Notes: generated by a model from the sequence alone, not told the origin. A stretch of 64,000 bases of DNA from an uncultured bacterium (GCA_963695095.1 CAVOFT010000001.1:384001-448000); one strand, 5' to 3'. Positions 29,358-39,413 are shown, counted from the stretch's first letter. Translations and numbers: made by a program.

Positions 29358-30059
29358 ATGGCTGATATGTTGAGCCTTCAAGAGGCCCTGGTCCAACTTG
29401 AGCAGGAGCTCATCGCCTTTGGCACGGCCCGGAAGCAGCTAGAGGACGCTCAAAATCAAGCCGAAGATAGCCTGCGCGCCTGGGTAGAGAGAGATGCGCA
29501 GCATACCCAGGCACAAGAGCTCCTGACGGTCGTTCTCGAGGATCAGCAGCGACTGGTGACTAGGCAAGTTGACGCACTCGGGTCGCTGATGACTTCGCTC
29601 GCTGAGGTGGCCCAAGCTGTCGACGATGCTGGCTTTCCGACGCGCCTCGAGACCATTCAGACTGTTGTCGCGACCAGCCAGGCCGCGATTCAGAGCCTTC
29701 AATCACGGCTTGATCAGCTTGAGAATCATCTTGATGCGCAGCTGAAGCTCCTTGCCTCTGATGTGTCCCGTTCCCTCTTGGAGCAGCAGACGGCCTTTCG
29801 CGCCGCACTGCTCGAAGTCTCCACCGGGCTGGTGAAGCAAACGGCGGACATCCAGGCGCGGATCGACTCACAGTCTGAGCGGAATCTCAGTGAGATGGGC
29901 CGCTTGATTGCGGCAATCAGAAGCCAGCTTGCTTCGATCGAAGAGAAGGCGGAGCGGCAGCGAAAGCAGACCACTAGACTCCAAGCGGCCACGATCGCGC
30001 TTGTTGTTCTGACACTAGTTTCGGGCATGTACCTTATCTGGACGCAACTCAAAGCATGA
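29358..30059 (+). CDS. Coiled-coil protein with one C-terminal TM helix
   Basis: GAGG RBS; starts 10 nt after the helicase stop; Q/L/E-rich heptads; C-terminal ATIALVVLTLVSGMYLIW. Confidence 0.75.
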   Translation: MADMLSLQEALVQLEQELIAFGTARKQLEDAQNQAEDSLRAWVERDAQHTQAQELLTVVLEDQQRLVTRQVDALGSLMTSLAEVAQAVDDAGFPTRLETIQTVVATSQAAIQSLQSRLDQLENHLDAQLKLLASDVSRSLLEQQTAFRAALLEVSTGLVKQTADIQARIDSQSERNLSEMGRLIAAIRSQLASIEEKAERQRKQTTRLQAATIALVVLTLVSGMYLIWTQLKA

Positions 30060-30244
30060 CCTTTGACGGCTCACCCCCTGATGTCATGCAGGGCGGCAGG
30101 CCAACCTGTCGGTCCGAACATCCAGGATCCTATCCTTTGGGCACTTAGGGATGCTAACCAAGTCAACCTTGCTCGGAGGCACACTAGGAGGCGTTGGAGC
30201 GCTTCAGGTTTCCGAGTTCTCTGTCGGCCAGCAGGGCAGCCGCG

Positions 30245-31543
30245 CTACTTCCGCGCGTACCTACACTCCGCCACGCGCTCCGCCAGCCGCTTGGCCTCGG
30301 CGTCGGCCTCCGCGTGCAGTTCGGCGAGGTCGAGGTCCAGCACCTGGCCGTCCTCGAAGATCGTGCGCCCGCGGCTGACCACCCGCAGCACCTTGGCCTC
30401 GGGGTCGAGCAGGGTCGGCGTGGGCTCCATGACGACGAAGTCCGCGTCCTCGCCATCGGCCAGGCGGCCCAGCGGCCGGCCGAAGATGCTGCTCGCGATG
30501 GCCGGGTTGTGCATGAAGAGCAGCTCGCCCACCCGCCCCGGCGCCAGCGTGCCGTGGGCGATGCCGCTGTCGCGGGCGAACTGGGCCTCGGTGAGCAGGC
30601 CGCTGAGGAAGCCGTCCGTGCCGAGACCCACGTGCACGCCCTCGCCCAGCAGCGCGCCGACGTCGGCGGTGCCCACCCGGTTGTGCGCGTTCGACTGCGG
30701 GCAGTGCACGAGATAGGCGCCCATCTCGCGGATCAGCGCCGAGTCGCCGGGGCGCAGATGCACGCCATGCGCGAGCAGCGTGCCGGGGCGCAGGAGCCCC
30801 GTGGCCGCGAGCCGGTCCACCACGCTCTCGTAGCCCAGCTCGCGCGCGTGCTCCAAGTCCTCCGCGGCCTCGGCGCAGTGCAGGTGGAAGGGCGTCTCGA
30901 AGGGCAGCACCTCGAGCACCTTCTCCAGGGTCTCGTCGCTGAGCGTGAAGGAGGCGTGCAGGCCGAAGAGCGCGCGCGCCGTTTCGTCCTGCCGGTAGAC
31001 CTGCAGGGCGCGCAGGTTTTCGTCCAGGGCCTCGTCGGCGGGGTTCTCGCCGTTGCGGTCGCTCAGCTCCACGGCCAGGGCCACCTTGAGCCCCAGCGCC
31101 CGCGCCTCCTCGGCGATGATGTCCAGGCTGTCCTCGGGAATGCCCGGGCTCGAATGGTGATCGACCACCGTGGTCACGCCGTGGCGCATGGCTTCCACGA
31201 GGCCGAGGCGGGCGCTGATGCGCAGGGCGCGCTCGTCGAGCGCGCGGTCCAGCCGCCACCAGATGCTCTCGAGGATGGCGCGGAAATCCTGCGGCCGCTC
31301 GCGCGGCCAGGGCATGCGCGGCGCCAGCGCGCTGTACAGGTGCGTGTGCGCGTTGATGAAACCGGGCAGTACGCGCCTGCCGCCGAGGTCCACGCTGCGC
31401 ACGGCGGCCAGCTCCGCGGGCGTCTCGCCGTCGCCCGTGCTCACCAGCCGGCCGTTCTCGACCAGCAGCCAGGCGCCGGGGCGCGCTTCGCTCTCCACGG
31501 CCGGGCGCGTGAGCAGGCAGTTCGTGAAGAGCACTCTAGGCAT
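30245..31543 (-). CDS. ssnA: SsnA-like metal-dependent amidohydrolase
   Basis: PGFINAHTHLYSALA, WWRLDRALD, GVTTVVDHHSSP, GLHASFTLSD, HLHCAE, LAHGVH, HCPQSN, GLGTDG; overlaps the Mo-hydroxylase gene. Confidence 0.75.
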   Translation of the reverse strand: MPRVLFTNCLLTRPAVESEARPGAWLLVENGRLVSTGDGETPAELAAVRSVDLGGRRVLPGFINAHTHLYSALAPRMPWPRERPQDFRAILESIWWRLDRALDERALRISARLGLVEAMRHGVTTVVDHHSSPGIPEDSLDIIAEEARALGLKVALAVELSDRNGENPADEALDENLRALQVYRQDETARALFGLHASFTLSDETLEKVLEVLPFETPFHLHCAEAAEDLEHARELGYESVVDRLAATGLLRPGTLLAHGVHLRPGDSALIREMGAYLVHCPQSNAHNRVGTADVGALLGEGVHVGLGTDGFLSGLLTEAQFARDSGIAHGTLAPGRVGELLFMHNPAIASSIFGRPLGRLADGEDADFVVMEPTPTLLDPEAKVLRVVSRGRTIFEDGQVLDLDLAELHAEADAEAKRLAERVAECRYARK

Positions 31544-33905
31544 GCGGAGCCTCCAGGTAGGGGAGCAGATCGGCGGGAAGCACGGGCAGGCGCTCCACGG
31601 GCGCGCCGGTCGCCGCCCGCAGGCCGGCGAGAATGGCCGCGGCCGTGGGGATGATGGCCGGCTCGCCCAGGCTCTTGGCGCCCAGGGGCCCTTCGGGGTG
31701 CGGCGCCTCGACGATGAGCGTCTCCACGGCCGGCGCTTCGAGGCTGCAAGGGACGCCGTAGGTCGAGAGGTTGTCGCTCAGGATGCGCCCGTCCGCGGCC
31801 AGCACCACGCGCTCGCCCAGCGCCCAGCCCATGCCCTGCGCGACGCCGCCCTCCACCTGGCCCTCGACGCCCGCCGGGTTCACGGCGCGGCCCACGTCGT
31901 GGGCGGCGATCACCTTGAGCACGCGGGCGACGCCGCTCACGCGGTCCACCGCCACGCGCGCCACCTGCGTGGCGAAGGAGTAGGCGAAGTAGGCCTCGCC
32001 GTGCCCGCGCTGCGGATCGAAGTCCAGCGGCGGCACGTGCCACCAGCCCTCGGCGGCCAGGTTGAGGTTGCGGCGGAAGGCCTGCCCGGCCAGCTCCGCC
32101 AGGCTGATGGCGTCTGCATGCCGCTGCCCGCAGACCGGCGCCCGCGCCTCGCCGCCGGCGAAGATCACGTCCGCGGGCGCGCAGCCGAGCAGCTCGGCGG
32201 CCAGGGGAGCGAGCCGCGCCTTGATCTGCGCGGCCGCATCGAGAATGGCGCGCCCGCTCATCACCACGTTGCGGCTGGCCACGGTGGGCCCGCTGTCGGG
32301 TACCAGCGCCGTGTCCACGGGCACCAGGTTCACCTGGGCGGGATCGAGGCCCAGCGCCTCGGCGGCGAACTGCGTGACCACGGTCTCGGCCCCCTGGCCG
32401 ATCTCCGTGAGACCCACGGCGAGGGAGGCCGAGCCGTCGGCATGGAGCTGCAGGTAGGCGCCGGCGCCGTCCATGTGCCAGCCCGCGTGGCCGAGGCAGT
32501 TGCCGTAGATCATCGTCGCCAGGCCCGTGCCCACGCGCCAGCGCGCGGGGTCCTCGCGCAGCTCGGGCGCCAGCGCGAGGTCGGCCGCGTTCGGGGGGCC
32601 GCCGGGCCCGAAGACCGCGCTGCCGAACTCGGCGGTCGCGGCGCTTGCGGCGCGCTCGAGGCACTCACGCGCACCGACGCTGGCCTCGAGGCGCTGGCCC
32701 GTGGCCGTCTCGTCGCCGGGCGCGAGCAGGTTGCGACGGCGGATCTCGACGGGATCCAGGCCGAGCTGGGCGGCGAGGCGGTCCACCGCGCCCTCGTGCG
32801 CCACGCAGGCCTGCGGGCTGCCGAAGCCGCGGAAGGCGCCGCTGGGCGCCGTGTTGCTGTACCAGGCCCGCGCCTCCACCCGAACGTTGGGGATCCGGTA
32901 CGGTCCGGCGCCCTGCATCGCCGAGCGGTAGAGCACGGGCGGTGAGAGCGTGGCGTAGGCCCCGGCCAGGGCGTCCTGGAAGACCTCGATGGCCGTGAAG
33001 CGGCCATCGGCCGTGGCGCCCAGCCGCACGCGGATGCGGTAGGGATGGCGCTTGCTCGAGTAGGCAATGTCCTCGCGGCGCTCCAGGACGAGGCGCACCG
33101 GCCGCCCCGTGAGCAGCGCCAGCGCCGCCGCGCGGGCGCAGAGCTCGCTGGGCACGTCTTCCTTGCCGCCGAAGGCGCCGCCCGTGGGCGTCTGGATCAC
33201 GCGCACCTTGGCCAGGGGCAGGCCGCAGGCCCGCGCCACCGCCTTCTGCACGTAGAAGGGGCACTGCAGCGAGCCGTGCACGGTCAGGCCCCCGCGCTCC
33301 TCGGGCACGGCCACGCAGGCCAGGGGCTCCAGGTAGTAGTGCTCCTGGGCGCCCGTGGCGAACTCGCACTCGACGATGGCGGCGGCTTCTGAAAACCCGC
33401 TGGCCGTGTTCCCCTTGCCCACGCGGTGATGCACGGCGATGGGCCCGCTCTCGTGGATGGGCAGGCCGGGCGCGGCCTCCAGATCGGCGAAGTCGAGCAG
33501 GGCGGGGAGGGGCTCGGCCGCGACCCGCACGAGGCGGGCGGCGGCGGCGGCCTCGGCCTCGCTCTCGGCGGCCACCACGGCCAGGCACTCGCCGCGATAG
33601 CGGATGCGGTCGGTGGCCAGCAGCGGCTGGTCGTCGAGGATGACGCCGACGCGGTTGGCGCCGGGCAATTCGGCCGCCGTGAGCACGGCGCGCACGCCGG
33701 GCGCGCGGCGGGCGGCGTCCACATCCAGCCCCAGCAGCCGGGCGTGGGCCTGCTCGCCGAGCAGCATCTTCGCGTGGAGGAGGCCCGGCCAGCGCAGGTC
33801 GGACAGATAGCGCGTGCGGCCCGTCAGCTTGCCCGCGGCGTCGACGCGGGCGAGGCGGGCGCCGACGGGACCGGCGGGAAGGTCTCTCTGCAATGAGCTG
33901 CTCAC
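31536..33905 (-). CDS. Xanthine dehydrogenase-family molybdopterin-binding subunit
   Basis: RVDAAGKLTG, QEHYYLEP, GGAFGGKE, AFRGFGSPQ, EIGQG, GPTVASR, HDVGRAVNP..VEGQVEGG, GAKSLGEP. Confidence 0.92.
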   Translation of the reverse strand: MSSSLQRDLPAGPVGARLARVDAAGKLTGRTRYLSDLRWPGLLHAKMLLGEQAHARLLGLDVDAARRAPGVRAVLTAAELPGANRVGVILDDQPLLATDRIRYRGECLAVVAAESEAEAAAAARLVRVAAEPLPALLDFADLEAAPGLPIHESGPIAVHHRVGKGNTASGFSEAAAIVECEFATGAQEHYYLEPLACVAVPEERGGLTVHGSLQCPFYVQKAVARACGLPLAKVRVIQTPTGGAFGGKEDVPSELCARAAALALLTGRPVRLVLERREDIAYSSKRHPYRIRVRLGATADGRFTAIEVFQDALAGAYATLSPPVLYRSAMQGAGPYRIPNVRVEARAWYSNTAPSGAFRGFGSPQACVAHEGAVDRLAAQLGLDPVEIRRRNLLAPGDETATGQRLEASVGARECLERAASAATAEFGSAVFGPGGPPNAADLALAPELREDPARWRVGTGLATMIYGNCLGHAGWHMDGAGAYLQLHADGSASLAVGLTEIGQGAETVVTQFAAEALGLDPAQVNLVPVDTALVPDSGPTVASRNVVMSGRAILDAAAQIKARLAPLAAELLGCAPADVIFAGGEARAPVCGQRHADAISLAELAGQAFRRNLNLAAEGWWHVPPLDFDPQRGHGEAYFAYSFATQVARVAVDRVSGVARVLKVIAAHDVGRAVNPAGVEGQVEGGVAQGMGWALGERVVLAADGRILSDNLSTYGVPCSLEAPAVETLIVEAPHPEGPLGAKSLGEPAIIPTAAAILAGLRAATGAPVERLPVLPADLLPYLEAPHA

Positions 33906-34176
33906 GAATCCTCGACCGGGCTGCGGAAAGGGGGCCGCACCACCTTAGCCCCTTCCTGCGCAGCGGGCAATGCCCGCGGCGCGGCCGGCCGGCCGCCCTC
34001 CCGTCCCCTGCAGCGCCGGAGTTCATGCCTAACCGACTGCAATGGCATGAATTGTCGCGCCGTCTCCCGGGAGCGTGGCCGGCCCGGCTTTTCTCCTTGT
34101 ATGGGAAGCCGGCCGGGCGCACTTTGGTGCTGGCCACTTCCCCCACGCTGGCCCGTCCAACCAAGGAGGGACACCC

Positions 34177-35070
34177 ATGCGCAAACCCGTTCTATTCGTC
34201 CTGGCGGCCCTGGCCCTGATCTTCCTCGTCGCCGCGGGGATGCTCTACCAGAAGCTGCAGCAGCGCAATGACGCCTACACGACGCTGCAGGCGGAGGAGC
34301 AGGTCGCTCGCGACCGCTATAGCGACGCCGTCAACGAGATCGCCGCCATCCAGGACAGCCTCAACGCCATCGTCCTGGGCGAGGACGGCGCGGCGGCGCT
34401 CAAGACCCAGCTCGACGCCGAGACGAGCCTGTCGCAGGACCGCGGCGATGCCGCCAAGATCCGCATCGCCGAGATCAAGGCCGGCATCGAGCGCGCCCGC
34501 CAGCGCATCCAGAACCTCGAGGCCGAACTCCGGGAGAGCGGCGTCAAGCTGGCCGGCCTGGAGAAGATGATCAAGAACCTGCGCAGCGTGGTGGCCGAGA
34601 AGGAAACGCTGATCGTGGCGCTCAACCGGCGCGTGGACGAACTGCAGACCGAGGTCAGCGGACTACACACCACGGTCGCCGCGCGCGAGGAGACGATCGT
34701 GGCTCGCGAGACGACGATCCAGTCGCAGGTGGAGCGGCTCGAGGAATCGCGGCGCGCGCTGGGCACGATCTACTACACCATCGGCTCCAAGAAGGAGCTG
34801 AAGGACTCCGGCACGATCGTGGCGACCGGCGGCGTGCTCGGCCTGGGCAAGACCCTGCGTCCCTCCGGCAGCATCGACCCGGCCCTCTTCACGCCGATGG
34901 ACACGGATCAGGAGACCTCGATTCTGATCCCCGCCGAGGAAGCGCGCGTGGTCAGCGACCAGCCCCTGTCCAGCTACACGCTGGAGCTGGTGGACGGGCA
35001 GCTCGAGCTGCGCATCCTCGATCCGCAGTCCTTCCGCACGGTCAAGCACGTCATCATCCTGACGGGCTAG
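34177..35070 (+). CDS. Membrane-anchored coiled-coil protein with C-terminal globular domain (Bacteroidota Cbp1-like architecture)
   Basis: AAGGAGG RBS, ATG 34177; N-terminal TM; long coiled coil; YYTIGSKKELKDSG...GGVLGLGK...LRILDPQSF. Confidence 0.7.
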   Translation: MRKPVLFVLAALALIFLVAAGMLYQKLQQRNDAYTTLQAEEQVARDRYSDAVNEIAAIQDSLNAIVLGEDGAAALKTQLDAETSLSQDRGDAAKIRIAEIKAGIERARQRIQNLEAELRESGVKLAGLEKMIKNLRSVVAEKETLIVALNRRVDELQTEVSGLHTTVAAREETIVARETTIQSQVERLEESRRALGTIYYTIGSKKELKDSGTIVATGGVLGLGKTLRPSGSIDPALFTPMDTDQETSILIPAEEARVVSDQPLSSYTLELVDGQLELRILDPQSFRTVKHVIILTG

Positions 35071-35171
35071 CCCGTCGCCAATCCAGGCGAAGCCCACCGC
35101 AGGCCGTAACCCGGCCTGCGGCGGGCCGTAAGTCCGGCGTTCCATTCCCTACCATTCTCGGAGGATCTGCC

Positions 35172-35930
35172 ATGCGACGCCGGCACCTTGTATCCCTGCT
35201 TGCGCTCACCGCCCTCGCCCTCGTCGCCACGGGCGGCTCGAAGGTCAAGGACTGGGGCGAAGACCACATGACCGTCGACGGCGTCAAGCTCCGCCACAGC
35301 CGCAGCGTGGAGCTGGAGGGCGAGGTCGGCGACCACTTCGAGCTGGAGATCGGCCTGGGCGACCTGGAAGTGCGCGGCGTGCCCGGCCAGACGGCCCGCC
35401 TGCGCCTGAAAATCCACGAGGTGGAACCGGGCGACATTGAGGTAAGATTGGAGCAGGGCCGCCTGCGCCTGGTGAGCGCCTCGGACAATCCCGGCGCCAT
35501 CGGGGACGCCTGGGTGGAGGTGCCCGCCGGCTGCGAGCTCGAATTGACGACGGGCTACGGCGACATCGACGTGTCGAAGATGAGCGGCGGCCGGCGCATC
35601 GTGGCGGAGACGGGCCTGGGCGAGGTCACCCTGGAGGACATCAGCGGGGTGACGGAGATCGAGGTCGCCACCGGCAAGGGCGATATCCGCCTCGGGCCGG
35701 TCACGGACGTGGAACGGGTTGACCTGGCCACGGGCATGGGCGATATCCAGGTCCGCGATGCCGAGGTGCAGGAAATCGAAGTGGGCACCGGCATGGGCGG
35801 CATCGATTTCCTGGACTGCAAGCTCGGCGACGTGAGCGGCAGCTCGGGCATGGGCAAGGTTCGCTTCAAGCGGACGCAGTACGAGCGCTCGGACGTGAGT
35901 TCCGGCTGGGGCGGGGTGCAGCGCGACTAG
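35172..35930 (+). CDS. DUF4097-like beta-strand repeat exported protein
   Basis: Signal peptide; repeated TG.GDI / TG.GEV units. Confidence 0.75.
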   Translation: MRRRHLVSLLALTALALVATGGSKVKDWGEDHMTVDGVKLRHSRSVELEGEVGDHFELEIGLGDLEVRGVPGQTARLRLKIHEVEPGDIEVRLEQGRLRLVSASDNPGAIGDAWVEVPAGCELELTTGYGDIDVSKMSGGRRIVAETGLGEVTLEDISGVTEIEVATGKGDIRLGPVTDVERVDLATGMGDIQVRDAEVQEIEVGTGMGGIDFLDCKLGDVSGSSGMGKVRFKRTQYERSDVSSGWGGVQRD

Positions 35931-35981
35931 CTCGCGGCCCCGCGCGCCGGTCCGCCCCGGGCGCGGGGAGGCACGAGGGCG

Positions 35982-36218
35982 ATGACCAAGCGCAAGCGCA
36001 AGCGCCGGCTGAGACCCCGCACCGTCTGGCTGCTGGTGCTGGGCTACTTCATCGTGGGCACCGCGATCGCGATGCTCTTTCTGCAGCAACTCACCGCGAG
36101 CGCCGGGCCGGCCCCTCCCGGCCAGCCCAGCCTCAACAATGCCTGGGGGCTCTTTCCCCTGGTCGTGATGCTCTGGCCGATCTTCCTGGTCATCCTGATC
36201 GTGAAGGCCCTGCGCTGA
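35982..36218 (+). CDS. Small two-TM membrane protein
   Basis: GAGG RBS; basic N-terminus; two hydrophobic helices. Confidence 0.6.
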   Translation: MTKRKRKRRLRPRTVWLLVLGYFIVGTAIAMLFLQQLTASAGPAPPGQPSLNNAWGLFPLVVMLWPIFLVILIVKALR

Positions 36219-36274
36219 GCGAGGCGGCTCTCCTCGCCCTGCTCGGCCGCCCGCCGGCCGCGCTGTCCGGCGCC

Positions 36275-37647
36275 TTGATCGCCGTGCTGGGCAGCGGCGG
36301 CAAGACCAGCCTGCTCGCCCTGCTCGCGCGCGAGCTCGCCCGGCGGCATGCCCGCGTGCTGGTGAGCACGAGTACGCGGGTCTATCCCTTTCCCGGCCTG
36401 CCCCTCGTCGAGGACCCGGCCGCGCTCCCCGCCGCCTTCGCCCGCGCGCGGGCCGTCTTCCTCGGCCGACAACTGGACGCCCCCGGGGGCGGCGCTGTCG
36501 CCGGGGCGACCGGCGCCGCGGCGGGCGGCGAGGCGGGCAAGCTGGCGGGCCCGCAGCCGCTGGATCCCGCGGCGCTGCGCGGCCTGGCCGACGTCGTGCT
36601 GCTCGAGGCCGACGGCGCCCGCGGGCGGCCGCTCAAGGTGCACTTGCCCCACGATCCCCTCGTGCCCGCAGAGGCGGAGCTGGCGCTGCTCGTCGTGGGC
36701 GCTTCGGCCCTCGCCAGGCCGGCCGGGGACGCCAGCGTGCATCGCCTCGAGCAAGCCCCCGCGCACTGGGGGCTGCGCGCGGGCGAGACGCCGACGCCGC
36801 AGCAGGTCGCGCGCCTGCTGCTCGCCGCGGACGGCTACCTGGGCAAGACGGGCAGCGTGCCCACGCGCATCCTCATCAATCAGGCGGAGGCCTGGCCCGC
36901 CGAGGCCGCGCGGCTGGCCGCCGCCCTGCGGGCGGTCTGGCCGGGGCCGATCCTGACCGGCAGCGCCCAGCGGGGCGATTTCGCGCTCGCCCCCGGGGGC
37001 GGATCGGCCCCGGAGAGCGGCGCGGCCGCCGCGGGTGAGCCGCCGCCGGCCCCGGTGGCCCTGATCCTCGCCGCGGCCGGCGGGGGGAGCGCTTCGGCGC
37101 GGACAAGCGGCGCTTCCCGCTCAAGGGGGCGCCGCTCTTCCACTGGAGCCTGGGCGCCTACGCGCGCCTGCCCTTCCTGCAGCGCATCGCCGTGCTGGGG
37201 CCTGACGACGCCGCGCTCGCCGCCGAGGCCCGCGCGCGCGGCTGGCAGGTGGCCGTCAATCCCGATCCCGCGGCGGGGCTGGCCGGCTCCTGGCGCGCGG
37301 GCCTGGCGGCGATCAAGCGCGATGCCGCGGGCGCGCTCCTGGCGCTTGGCGACATGCCGGCGATTCGCCGCGATACCCTGATCGCCATTCTCGCCGCCAT
37401 CGCGGCGGCGCCCGCGCGCGCCCTGCGCCCCGTGCACGCGGGCCGGCCGGGGCATCCCTACTACTTGCCCCGCGGCGCCTTCGCGGCGCTGGCGGCAGTG
37501 GACGGCGATCGCGGGGCCCGCGAGTTGCCGGCCCCTTTTCCCTTGGACTCGACCGATCCGGGCGTCATACTCGACCTCGATCACCCCTCCCTTGCACCCG
37601 GTCTCTGCGCCCTGCTTGCCGAGGAGCCTGCGTTCCATGCTGTTTAG
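36275..37647 (+). CDS. yqeC: YqeC-family selenium cofactor protein fused to a MocA/YgfJ-like nucleotidyltransferase; one frameshift at poly-G 37082-37087
   Basis: IAVLGSGGKTSLL, VSTST, LLEADGARGRPLK; adding one G gives ILAAAGGGERFGADK, followed by LGDMP, GRPGHP, LDLD. Start uncertain (frame is open back to about 36215). Confidence 0.72.
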
Positions 37648-38524
37648 GCGCTCCCCTGTCCTTGTCCGCGGCGCCGGCGAGCATGCCAGCGCCATCGCCT
37701 GGCACCTCTTCCGCGCCGGCTTCCCCGTGGTGATGACCGAGCTGCCCGAGCCGCTCGCCATCCGCCGCGAGGTGGCTTTCTCGCGGGCCCTGCGCAGCGG
37801 GGAGTGGACGGTGGAGGGTGTCACGGCGCGCCTCTGCGGCAAGCCCCTGCGCCTGGATACCCAGGGTGCGCCAGGCGATCGGCCGCACAGCGCGGTGACC
37901 GTCCGCACCCTGCGCGCGATCCGGGCGGCCTGGCGGGCCGGGGAGATCGCCCTCGTCATCGATGGCGGCCTGGAGCTGCTCGATCACCTGCCCGTCTTCG
38001 CCATTGTCGATGCGCGCATGCAGAAGACCGCCACGGAGCCGATCCGTGGCCGCGCGCCCTTCACGGTGGCCATCGGCCCGGGCATCGCGGCCGGCGAGCA
38101 CGTGGACGCGGTCATCGAGACCGAGCGCGGGCACGACCTGGGTCGCATCCTCCTGGCCGGCCAGGCGGCGCACGACACCTCGGTACCGGGCGAGATCGCG
38201 GGCGAGAGCGTGAACCGCGTCTACTTCGCGCCGGGGGACGGCCGCTTCTGGGCCCACGTCGAGATCGGCCAGCTCGTCCAGCGCGGGGATCTGCTCGGCC
38301 TGGTCGAGGGCGAGGGCGAGCCGCAGACGGTGGTCACGCGCATCGCCGGGCGCGTGCGCGGCCTGCTCGCCGACGGCGCGCAGATCACGGCCGGCACCAA
38401 GCTTGCGGATGTGGATCCGCGCGGCGAGAGAATCGATCCGGCCACGCTCTCGGACAAGGGCCGCACGCTCGCGGCCGGCGTGCTCACCGCCCTGCTCGAG
38501 GCGCTAGCGGCCAAGGCCCGCTAG
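37637..38524 (+). CDS. yqeB: YqeB-family selenium-dependent molybdenum hydroxylase system protein
   Basis: VLVRGAGEHASAIA, PLAIRREVAF, VIETERGHDLG, TSVPGEIAG, GTKLADVDPR, SDKGRTLAAGV. Confidence 0.88.
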   Translation: MLFRRSPVLVRGAGEHASAIAWHLFRAGFPVVMTELPEPLAIRREVAFSRALRSGEWTVEGVTARLCGKPLRLDTQGAPGDRPHSAVTVRTLRAIRAAWRAGEIALVIDGGLELLDHLPVFAIVDARMQKTATEPIRGRAPFTVAIGPGIAAGEHVDAVIETERGHDLGRILLAGQAAHDTSVPGEIAGESVNRVYFAPGDGRFWAHVEIGQLVQRGDLLGLVEGEGEPQTVVTRIAGRVRGLLADGAQITAGTKLADVDPRGERIDPATLSDKGRTLAAGVLTALLEALAAKAR

Positions 38525-38534
38525 GGTGCGGGCC

Positions 38535-39413
38535 ATGAACATCAGCAGCACTGAGGCCCTGCTCGAAGCGCTGCGGGGCGAGCTCGCCGCGGGCCGGCCG
38601 GCGGTCCTCGTCAGCGTGATGGCCTGGCGCGGCTCCGTGCCGCGGAAGGACAGCCCGCGCGCGCTCTTCCTCGCCGACGGTCGCCAGCTCGGCACCGTGG
38701 GCGGCGGCTGCGTGGACGGGGCGGCGCGCGCGCTCGCCCTGCGCGCCTTGACCCAGGGCGGTCGCGTTGCCGATTCAATTGAGCTCGATGGCGAGGACGC
38801 GGACGCAGCCGGCCTCGTCTGCGGCGGGGCGCTCGAGTTCGAGGCCGAGCGCTTCGATGCCGGCGCGGCGGCGCTGGCCCGCGTGGAGGCCCTGCTCGCC
38901 GATCCCGCCTCGCGCGCGCCGCGGCTCTACCTGCTCGGCGGCGGGCACGTGGGGCTGGCCATCGCCCGCTTCGCCGATGCCACGGGCTGGCGGGTGCGCG
39001 TGCACGACGATCGGCCCGAGTACGCGGACGCCGAGCGCTTTCCCTTCGCGGAAGCGCGGCTGACGGGGCCGCTCGCAGCGGTCGCAGCCTGGCCGCCGCC
39101 GGCGGCGAGCGACGCCGTGGTGATCGCGACGCGCGGTCATCACCTGGATCTGGCCGCCCTGCGCTGGGCCGTGCGGCAGGAGGCGGGCTACCTGGGCCTC
39201 CTGGGCAGCGCTCGCAAGCGCGCCCTGCTGGAGGCCACGCTGCGCCGGGAGGGTGCGCCGGCCGCTGCGCTGGCGCGGCTTTCCAGCCCGATCGGTCTGG
39301 CCATCGGCGCCTTGAGCGCCGAGGAAATCGCCCTGGCTGCTGTCGCCGAACTCGTGGCCTACCGCCGCGGCGCGCTGGCCGCCCCCACCATCGCCGCCGA
39401 GCGCGAGGAGTGA
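38535..39413 (+). CDS. XdhC/CoxI-family molybdoenzyme maturation factor
   Basis: GSVPR, GTVGGGC, GLVCGG, LLGGGHVG, DDRPEYA, ATRGH, YLGLLGSARK, SPIGLAIGA...EEIAL. Confidence 0.9.
   Translation: MNISSTEALLEALRGELAAGRPAVLVSVMAWRGSVPRKDSPRALFLADGRQLGTVGGGCVDGAARALALRALTQGGRVADSIELDGEDADAAGLVCGGALEFEAERFDAGAAALARVEALLADPASRAPRLYLLGGGHVGLAIARFADATGWRVRVHDDRPEYADAERFPFAEARLTGPLAAVAAWPPPAASDAVVIATRGHHLDLAALRWAVRQEAGYLGLLGSARKRALLEATLRREGAPAAALARLSSPIGLAIGALSAEEIALAAVAELVAYRRGALAAPTIAAEREE

Larger units (their letters stand above)
25100..30240. mobile_element. Lower-GC horizontally acquired island (two genes, no integrase seen)
   Basis: Abrupt change in base and codon usage between the OPT stop (25093) and the ssnA-like stop (30245); boundaries approximate. 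Confidence 0.6.
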
